DNA from: Candidatus Rifleibacteriota bacterium
GTDB lineage: Bacteria; Muiribacteriota; Ozemobacteria; Ozemobacterales; Ozemobacteraceae
Length of the DNA stretch: 34,044 bases
Assembly (NCBI GenBank): GCA_051747585.1
Contig: JBNJGH010000016.1
Coordinates: forward strand, 11,971-46,014
Reading direction: 5' to 3'
This document shows, piece by piece, positions 17,940 to 24,943 of this stretch. The position numbers were made by a program, and so were the translations under genes. The stretch's first letter is position 1, and each line of letters opens with the position of its first letter. Under the pieces are notes generated by a model, which did not search any database, was not told the DNA's origin, and saw only the letters and a program-made list of their open reading frames with translations.

Positions 17940-18479
17940 TTATGTTCTCCTTAATAACTCTCCTGTGATTCCTGCAACGATCAATCCTGAGGGAATCGCT
18001 ACCCAGATCATAACTGCCAGATGCAGCCATAAAGACATGTTTCCTGAAAATAAAAATTCTACCGCGGTCAACTGAGCCCAGTTACTGGCCAGGGCTCCGA
18101 TTATACTGACGGGTCCAAGGCCGCTAAGCGGAAACACCTTTTTTAATATCGACATCGCCAGAGTTGAACTTAATGCTCCGGAAAGCGATATAAGATAAAC
18201 CGGCGAAAGAAAGGTTCCGAGAAAAATTCCTGCAATAAAAGTTCTTACAATTGCCACAGCAAACCCCGAAAAAGGCGACAACCTGATTATGGCATATAAA
18301 GTCATAACATTTGCCAGACCAGGCTTCAACCAGGGAACAAGTCGTGGCAGCGGCGATTCTATAATCTGCAAAGCAGCGGCAGCTGAAGCTAATACAGCAA
18401 TTAAAGTGTATTTTCTTACCGATGAAATATCGTTAGAAGAATTGCCATTTGGTGTTTCGTTATTACTGTGAAATCGCAT
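17940..18479 (-). CDS. Gx transporter family membrane protein (heptaprenyl diphosphate synthase component I-like, EetB-like)
   Basis: IES..P..VP.LKPGLAN signature and several TM segments. The likely start is ATG 18479 after SD GAGG (track start 18512). Confidence 0.85.
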   Translation of the reverse strand: MRFHSNNETPNGNSSNDISSVRKYTLIAVLASAAAALQIIESPLPRLVPWLKPGLANVMTLYAIIRLSPFSGFAVAIVRTFIAGIFLGTFLSPVYLISLSGALSSTLAMSILKKVFPLSGLGPVSIIGALASNWAQLTAVEFLFSGNMSLWLHLAVMIWVAIPSGLIVAGITGELLRRT

Positions 18480-18882
18480 CAAATTCCTCTTTATCGGTAA
18501 TAGCTTTAACAACCACCCCGTTAGGAACGCAAATTACGCTACCATATCTTATCCAGCCACTGTTAACACAAATCTGGCCCGGGCATCCGGAAGAAACCAC
18601 ACGAAAAGCGCCTTTTTCATTCCACTCTACAACCACTCGACCTATTTTTCCCTGAACTTCAACTGGCTTAAGCGGCGGCTTTTGGAAGGAAAGCTCTTTA
18701 ACATCGTTGTCGTTTTTAAAAATAATAATTTTATATTTTTTTATTTCTCTAGTTAAATTTCTATTATGGATTTTGTAAGCAAAAACAGAAATCAATAAAA
18801 GAATAATAACAAACAGATAATCTGATTTTTGGGCAAAAACCTTGTTGACGCCAGCTTTTAGTTTTTTAAAATTTTGAACCAT
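18463..18882 (-). CDS. NusG domain II-containing exported protein (EetA-like)
   Basis: One N-terminal TM segment; SGCPGQICVNSGWI..GSVICVPN signature. Confidence 0.85.
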   Translation of the reverse strand: MVQNFKKLKAGVNKVFAQKSDYLFVIILLLISVFAYKIHNRNLTREIKKYKIIIFKNDNDVKELSFQKPPLKPVEVQGKIGRVVVEWNEKGAFRVVSSGCPGQICVNSGWIRYGSVICVPNGVVVKAITDKEEFDAISQ

Positions 18883-19904
18883 TTTTTTCCTGGTTTAGTC
18901 ATTTTTATTTCATCATCGCTGGTCAGACACAAAACAGCGAGATTCTTTGCTTCAGCCCAGGTAAAGGCTTTTTGCGGCGGCATAGCGTAAAAAGCGGTAC
19001 TGAAAACGTCTGCCTTAACCGGGCTGCTTGCCACAACAGTTACCGACTTATAAAAATCTGCTGGTTTGCCGGTAACCGGGTTCATAATGTGACCGTATTT
19101 CTGACCGTCGACAATTACGAAACGCTCATAATTACCAGAGGTAGATACGGCAATGTTTTCAAGACTTTCGACCAGTGCCAGTGGCTTATTATCTCGAGGA
19201 TCTCTTACTGCGATTGTCCAGGCAGAGTTATCTGGTTTATCTCCTTCTACCCAGATATCGCCACCGTCGTCTATAAGAAAATCTTTGCATCCGGTTTTTT
19301 TTATGGCAGTCGCAGCTCTTTCGATTGCATACCCTCCGGCAATGCCGCCAAGATCAATTAAAGCACCTGAGGCTAAAGAATACTCATTAGAAGTTTCGTT
19401 ATAGAAAACCTTTTTAGTCCAGCCGGTTGCGTCAAGAAGATTTTCAATTTCCATTTCATCAGGCAACCTGCCAGATTTATCATAAAAACCATAAGCCTTT
19501 TGCAACCTGGCAAAAGTAGGGTCAAAATATCGATCAGTAATTTTAAAATATTTTGTGGTAGTGTCCAGTAGCTGTTTTATTATACCTTCTGCTTCAATTT
19601 TTCTTTGTTCGTTCAATTTGGAAAGAGCCGAATCTGCCTTATGAAAGGAAACATTTTTTTCAACCAGAGCAAATTGCTCGAATCCCTTTGCAACAGCTTC
19701 TTCTGCTTTTTTTTTATCGGCGTAAACCTTGATGGTTACCATGGTATCCATCATAAGTCGTATTTCGGAAACAGGCTCAATTCTGCGGGCATTGAACATA
19801 ATGCCTGCAGTAATAATTAAAAGCAGAATGAACACAAAAAAATTTTTATTTGCAATGTATCTGGCCATTTTTACAGAGTTAACAAAATACGCTATCAGAG
19901 GCAT
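18858..19904 (-). CDS. apbE: FAD:protein FMN transferase (ApbE/FmnB)
   Basis: MDT, FDPT, DLGGIAGGY, GGDI, STSGNYERF, HIMNPVTG, AD.FSTA. The true start may be ATG 19868. Confidence 0.93.
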   Translation of the reverse strand: MPLIAYFVNSVKMARYIANKNFFVFILLLIITAGIMFNARRIEPVSEIRLMMDTMVTIKVYADKKKAEEAVAKGFEQFALVEKNVSFHKADSALSKLNEQRKIEAEGIIKQLLDTTTKYFKITDRYFDPTFARLQKAYGFYDKSGRLPDEMEIENLLDATGWTKKVFYNETSNEYSLASGALIDLGGIAGGYAIERAATAIKKTGCKDFLIDDGGDIWVEGDKPDNSAWTIAVRDPRDNKPLALVESLENIAVSTSGNYERFVIVDGQKYGHIMNPVTGKPADFYKSVTVVASSPVKADVFSTAFYAMPPQKAFTWAEAKNLAVLCLTSDDEIKMTKPGKKWFKILKN

Positions 19905-19923
19905 TATTACAACATAAAATTTA

Positions 19924-19952
19924 TTGACTTTATAAATTTTGAATGATATTAT
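19924..19952 (+). promoter_or_regulatory. Sigma70 promoter of the tRNA
   Basis: TTGACT-N17-TATTAT with an extended -10 TG. Confidence 0.7.
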
Positions 19953-19965
19953 CTTTTTTACACAA

Positions 19966-20041
<76 letters not shown>

Positions 20042-20082
20042 TTTTTATTTCTATTTTATCCCCCCCCTATGCGAGGAATATT

Positions 20083-20871
20083 TTGTCTGATACCAAAACC
20101 TTTTTAGATAAAATTCAAGTTGTTCTAGTTGAACCCCAGGGTCCTCTGAATATCGGAGCCGCCTGCCGGGCCATGAAAAACTTTGGTTTAAGTCGTCTGA
20201 CCCTGGTTCGACCTGGTTGTGATCTAGACCTGGATGCAATTAAAATGGCGATGCACGCCCAGGACATCCTGAAATCGACAAAAATAGTTGAAACAATTCC
20301 GGAGGCCATAAAAGACAATGTTCTGGTATTAGGCACCGCTAATCGCCGGGGAGAATATCATGAGCCAAATATGACGGTTAGACAGGGAATAGAGCGCATT
20401 TCAGAAGTTATAGAAGATGGCAGTATATCTATTCTTTTTGGCAGAGAAGAATGGGGTCTAACCAAAGATGATCTAAAACATTGCATGGGAACCATGAGAA
20501 TAGTAACCGCACCGGAAAACACCTCGTTAAATCTGGCTCAAGCGGTTATGCTTATTTCTTATGAGTTATATCAAAAATATGGCGACACGACTCCGCTACC
20601 CAAGGCACAAGCAAAAAACCATTGCGAGCAGCCTCCTACATCTGAAGAACTTGATCGCTTATATAAGCATATGTGGTCGGTATTAGACAATTGCGAGTTC
20701 TTGCCAATGATTAAGCCCGACCCGCTATTTCAGGTAATCAGAGCATTTTTTCACCGGGCAAAACCCATCAGGCGGGAAATTAATATACTAATGGGCGTAT
20801 TTTCCAATATTAACGGTTTCATGAAAAAATACGTCCGTAGATATGAAAAAACACAATCCAATAAAAAGTAA
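20083..20871 (+). CDS. trmJ: SPOUT tRNA 2'-O-methyltransferase, TrmJ/LasT family
   Basis: VLVEP...NIGAACRAMKNFG, FGRE..GL, SLNLAQAV. The likely start is TTG 20083 after GAGG; the track start at 19999 lies inside the tRNA. Confidence 0.9.
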   Translation: MSDTKTFLDKIQVVLVEPQGPLNIGAACRAMKNFGLSRLTLVRPGCDLDLDAIKMAMHAQDILKSTKIVETIPEAIKDNVLVLGTANRRGEYHEPNMTVRQGIERISEVIEDGSISILFGREEWGLTKDDLKHCMGTMRIVTAPENTSLNLAQAVMLISYELYQKYGDTTPLPKAQAKNHCEQPPTSEELDRLYKHMWSVLDNCEFLPMIKPDPLFQVIRAFFHRAKPIRREINILMGVFSNINGFMKKYVRRYEKTQSNKK

Positions 20872-20897
20872 AAAAGAGGGCAAATCATGCCCCCTTC
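20872..20897. terminator. Probable terminator between convergent genes
   Basis: GGGCA-AATCA-TGCCC stem with an A run upstream. Confidence 0.5.
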
Positions 20898-20944
20898 TGT
20901 ATTGATAAAGCTTTTACTTCATTGCTTTTCTTTCATTTTCAAGT

Positions 20945-21553
20945 TTAATTTTTTTTGCATTCTCCAGTCTGACATTGCATTTTTTTCTTTTTCTTTTTTT
21001 GCATTTTTTCCATCATCTTCTTCATTTTTTTCTTTTTTTTCTTTTTCATTTTTTTCATCTTCATTGTTTTCATCTTTATGAGCTTTTGCAATGAATCTTT
21101 AATCGTATTGGTCATTGCCAGACTCATGTGCTTAGCCAACTGCCCGAAAAAACCCGGATTAAGTTTTACGATCTCAAAATTGCCGCCCTGCTTAATAATA
21201 ATTAAGGCAACAGGTTTAAGCATGAATCCGGAACCAAGACCAAATCTCTGTTCTTCTTTTTCGTCTTTTTTGTTAGTTTTCGAAGTTCCCTTTTCATTTT
21301 CCTTATCTTCAGACTTTGCCCCAAAACCGAACCCCGCTACTTTACAAACAACCGGAATTATTACATATTCCCCTGCACTGACAGGCCGGCCCAGGCTCTC
21401 TGATGAAGAAAAATTATCGCTGAAAAGCTTCGACAAACCGACAAGAGTCGATGCGGCCATCATTTTATCAGCATCTTCCTCGGCATAACAAGACGGAAAA
21501 GCCGTGAAGACCATTCCAAGTATCATCAACAAAAGAATCCTTCTCTTAAACAT
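20945..21553 (-). CDS. YtfJ/GerW-like protein with a signal peptide and a Lys/Met-rich tail
   Basis: G.PV..GE..IIPV.KV..FGFG...G.G.G..LKPVALIII resembles Spore_YtfJ; SD GAGGAGGT. Confidence 0.72.
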   Translation of the reverse strand: MFKRRILLLMILGMVFTAFPSCYAEEDADKMMAASTLVGLSKLFSDNFSSSESLGRPVSAGEYVIIPVVCKVAGFGFGAKSEDKENEKGTSKTNKKDEKEEQRFGLGSGFMLKPVALIIIKQGGNFEIVKLNPGFFGQLAKHMSLAMTNTIKDSLQKLIKMKTMKMKKMKKKKKKKMKKMMEKMQKKKKKKMQCQTGECKKN

Positions 21554-21683
21554 AATTACCTCCTCTAAATTTTTATTTCTATTTCTATTTATAACATTTT
21601 GCCCAGCAAAACCAAAAAAATTGTTTTATTGTCACAAAATGACCCAATAAGTTGTAGTGTTTTTCAATTTGTTTGTAGAAACC

Positions 21684-21837
21684 GTTTCAAGACATTTAGA
21701 TTGCTTCGTCGCTAAGCTCCTCGCAATGACAAATTTGGAGCTGTCATTGCGAGGAGTTCTGCAAAGCAGAGCGACGAAGCAATCTTTGATATGCTAAAAT
21801 TTAGGACATAACAAAAAATACAAAAATGTCTTGAAAC
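21684..21837. repeat. MITE-like element: 14-bp terminal inverted repeats around a long palindrome
   Basis: GTTTCAAGACATTT (21684-21697) and AAATGTCTTGAAAC (21824-21837). Inner stems AGATTGCTTCGTCGCT/AGCGACGAAGCAATCT and CTCCTCGCAATGACA/TGTCATTGCGAGGAG. Confidence 0.75.
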
Positions 21838-21937
21838 TCGCTAATATTACTAAATGGATAATTACTGAAAAAAATGAATAGTAATTATATGGTAAATTTA
21901 TAAAAGTTAAATTCTTGGCATTAGTTGGATATAACAA

Positions 21938-24900
21938 TTGCAGGTTTTAAAAAATAGAAATTCTTTTTTATACGGTTTTTCTCTAGCTTTTTTTGGCATA
22001 CTGCTGCTGCTTCCTCTTATTTTCTTCAGACAGGTATTAGAAAAGCTGGTAAATATCGAAGAAAGACAGCTGAAGGCAATGGTTCAAGAAAAGCTTTTGC
22101 TTGAAACAGAAAGCTTTCAAAACGATATAAACCCAAGAACCTTTGTCGAAAACAGTCTTAGAAAATTAAATTCAGAATTTGGCCTAAGCTTTCCCCAGAG
22201 AAGCCACAGGGTATTTCGCTACCCGAGTGGTTATGATCCTGCTCTGGTTGATTCGAACTTTATTCCGGCCGCCAGAAATTATTTAAGAAAAAATTATGGC
22301 ATCGACCCGAATATTGTAATAGCTGCAGACTGCGATTTACAAAACTCTTACTCTTTTTTCAAACCTAATGCTTTAAGACACTCAAACGATGACGCTGTCA
22401 AAAAAAATGAATTAGTTAAAAGGGCTGTCTTTTCTGTAGCCTCCAACGATACTTATGTAAAAAATATTCTTCCCTTTACGGAATCATTAGAAAAACGCAA
22501 AAAAGAATTTATTAAGATAAGGGGAACAGACAACACTCATATTCTTTTCAGTTTTAATTTCAGATCTCTAGTTTCTTATTTTGCAAATCCCCCGCTCTAC
22601 ACGGATGACTGCATAAAATATTTCAACAAAACTTCGGGCAATCAAAGGTGTTATGCCTATGGTTTCAAAGCAGTTAAGTATTTTCCTGAAAACAAAGAAG
22701 GAATTTACGGGCTCTATTTTATGGTAATTCCCGGCTCTAGCTTTGAACCACAAATAGTTTTAAAAAAAGCTCTAAATCAATCATCAAATGACTGCCAACG
22801 AAAAATAGTCAAGCTCAATATTCAGCAACCTCATTTTCATGAAACAGATGAGGGAATTTATTATCTTGCTAATTTCACCTCGGGCTTTTTTCAAATTATT
22901 CAAGACTGTGGCTTGAAAGATCCCGAGAAAGAAAAATTCTTCAGGAAATATTTTAGAACCCACGCCCTTGCCAGCTTTGCCAGCAAGAAAGAACTGGTTT
23001 CGCCCAATCGAAAATTTTTACCTGTAATTGATTTTTTAATCAAGCTTCTTATTTTATTTGTTTTTGCTACTTTCGTTTACACTTTCATTCATAATAGATT
23101 TACAAATTTCAATTTGAATTGGAAACTAAAAACCACGATTGCTCTTATAGTTTTTATACCCATACTGGGGATTTTGTTTGCAGTCAGACTAGTCAATACA
23201 GCAAACAAGCGCTACCAGATAATAAAAATTCGTAACCACATGCATCGTAAAATAAGCAAATTTGAGCTGTTGGATTTTGAGAACGATATTAGAACCGTAA
23301 CCAGGTTTTTGCACAAGAAGTCTATCGATGCCAGATTTTTTAATCAGCCGAAGGTAAACCGGGAAAAACTGACAAAAGCGCATGAAGCTTTTAAAAATAA
23401 AGATCTTGGAGTTTCAGGCCTTTTTTTTCATAAAAACGGCAAAGGCATTTCATTTAACAATGAATTAGAAATTACTGGCAATGAAAGGAAAAATGAAAAT
23501 TTTGCTTTACTCAGGATACTAAGTGATCTGGGCATAGCCGATTTCAGCAGCCCCAGGATTCGCAGACTCGATAAAGAACAATATTTTTTGGGCTCCTATG
23601 CAGACCCGCTATTTGAAGTTCTTGCAACCCCAGAAAATCTGGCTGCGGAAAGCTCAATTATTAAAGATGTCTATGCTATTTCAACACTAAAAAAATGCCT
23701 TTTACAATTGATAGCTTCTCCAGCCGATCCCGAGAACCCCTACGGCATAGTTTACAATGAGGTCAACGGCGCAAAATTCGGAAACTGGTATTTAGACCTT
23801 TTAAACAAAAATCCCCGGATAAAATCGGTAGAAACTATTTCTAACGGCATTATTGAATACGCAGCTTTTCTAAGAACTAATGATAGTCTTAGAAAAGAAA
23901 AATGGCCGGCGCGCGGTTCAGTGCAACATCTTCGCAAAATAGCCAAGAACGCGGTTAAACAAAGGAATTCAGGAAGCATCACCTCCCCAAATGATAACAG
24001 TATGATTTTAACCAGCTGGTCTTTTAAAGAAACCAGTCCGATAGTTATTGTTGCCAGAGCAGTTTTAACCGGAAAAACCGGCAAAAGCTTAATTGTAGAT
24101 ATCATACCCTGGCTGCTTTTATTATATGGCTTGCTAGCAATTGTTATCATTTCCAACTGGCTTTCAAATTATTTTCTCAATCCGGTGGCATTACTGTTAA
24201 AGGGAGTAAATAAGATCTCTAACGGCCAGTATGGCTTTAATCTTTCTCTCAAAAGTGGCGATGAATTTTCTCATCTGGCTGATTCTTTTAATAAAATGAC
24301 CGGCGGCCTTTTGCAAAGAGAAAAAATGAAACGCTTTGTTTCCGACAAGCTTTTCGAAAGTATTCAGGATTCCCCAGAGAAAATTGAATCCAGAGTTGTT
24401 GATATAACAGTTTTGAGTTCTGATATCAGAGACTTCACCATAATTACCGAGCAGTATAATGCCGAACAAGTCGTAGCAATGCTTAACGACTATCTGACCC
24501 TGATGGAAAGATCTATAAAGGCAAGTGGCGGCGCTATTGAAAAAATTATCGGCGATGCAATAATTGCATCATTTTCAGTCGCTGATTCTGAACAAAGGGC
24601 ATTGATTAGCTGCAAAGCAGCGCTTGAAATGCGAAAAAAGCTTACTGAATTCAATCAGAGACGATTAGAAAACAATCTTTTTACAATTGAAAATGGCATA
24701 GGTATTTCAGATGGAAAAGTTATATTTGGTTTTGCCGGCCAAAAATCCGGGAGACAAGAATTTATTATTTCTGGCGATCCTTTAAAACGTGCAGAAAATC
24801 TTGAAAGTCTCAGCAAAGAAGGAAAACACAGCAAAATAATTATTGATGAAACAATTCATCGAAAAGTAAACCACAAATTTAATTTAATCCCAATCGAAAC

Positions 24901-24943
24901 CGGCGATAAATTTAAAGCATGGGAAATAACAACTGATGCCTGA
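21938..24943 (+). CDS. Membrane sensor-HAMP-class III cyclase domain protein, C1-like (metal-binding half)
   Basis: About four TM segments; HAMP (P...L..GV..IS.G...DEFSHLADSFNKM); SDIRDFT; EKIIGDA; GIGI; GDPLKRAENLE lacks the catalytic Asn and Arg. Confidence 0.9.
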   Translation: MQVLKNRNSFLYGFSLAFFGILLLLPLIFFRQVLEKLVNIEERQLKAMVQEKLLLETESFQNDINPRTFVENSLRKLNSEFGLSFPQRSHRVFRYPSGYDPALVDSNFIPAARNYLRKNYGIDPNIVIAADCDLQNSYSFFKPNALRHSNDDAVKKNELVKRAVFSVASNDTYVKNILPFTESLEKRKKEFIKIRGTDNTHILFSFNFRSLVSYFANPPLYTDDCIKYFNKTSGNQRCYAYGFKAVKYFPENKEGIYGLYFMVIPGSSFEPQIVLKKALNQSSNDCQRKIVKLNIQQPHFHETDEGIYYLANFTSGFFQIIQDCGLKDPEKEKFFRKYFRTHALASFASKKELVSPNRKFLPVIDFLIKLLILFVFATFVYTFIHNRFTNFNLNWKLKTTIALIVFIPILGILFAVRLVNTANKRYQIIKIRNHMHRKISKFELLDFENDIRTVTRFLHKKSIDARFFNQPKVNREKLTKAHEAFKNKDLGVSGLFFHKNGKGISFNNELEITGNERKNENFALLRILSDLGIADFSSPRIRRLDKEQYFLGSYADPLFEVLATPENLAAESSIIKDVYAISTLKKCLLQLIASPADPENPYGIVYNEVNGAKFGNWYLDLLNKNPRIKSVETISNGIIEYAAFLRTNDSLRKEKWPARGSVQHLRKIAKNAVKQRNSGSITSPNDNSMILTSWSFKETSPIVIVARAVLTGKTGKSLIVDIIPWLLLLYGLLAIVIISNWLSNYFLNPVALLLKGVNKISNGQYGFNLSLKSGDEFSHLADSFNKMTGGLLQREKMKRFVSDKLFESIQDSPEKIESRVVDITVLSSDIRDFTIITEQYNAEQVVAMLNDYLTLMERSIKASGGAIEKIIGDAIIASFSVADSEQRALISCKAALEMRKKLTEFNQRRLENNLFTIENGIGISDGKVIFGFAGQKSGRQEFIISGDPLKRAENLESLSKEGKHSKIIIDETIHRKVNHKFNLIPIETGDKFKAWEITTDA

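Noticed and set aside
21916..21931. TGGCAT as a sigma54 -24 element before the cyclase genes
   Set aside because: There is no TTGC at the required spacing (it reads GGATA).
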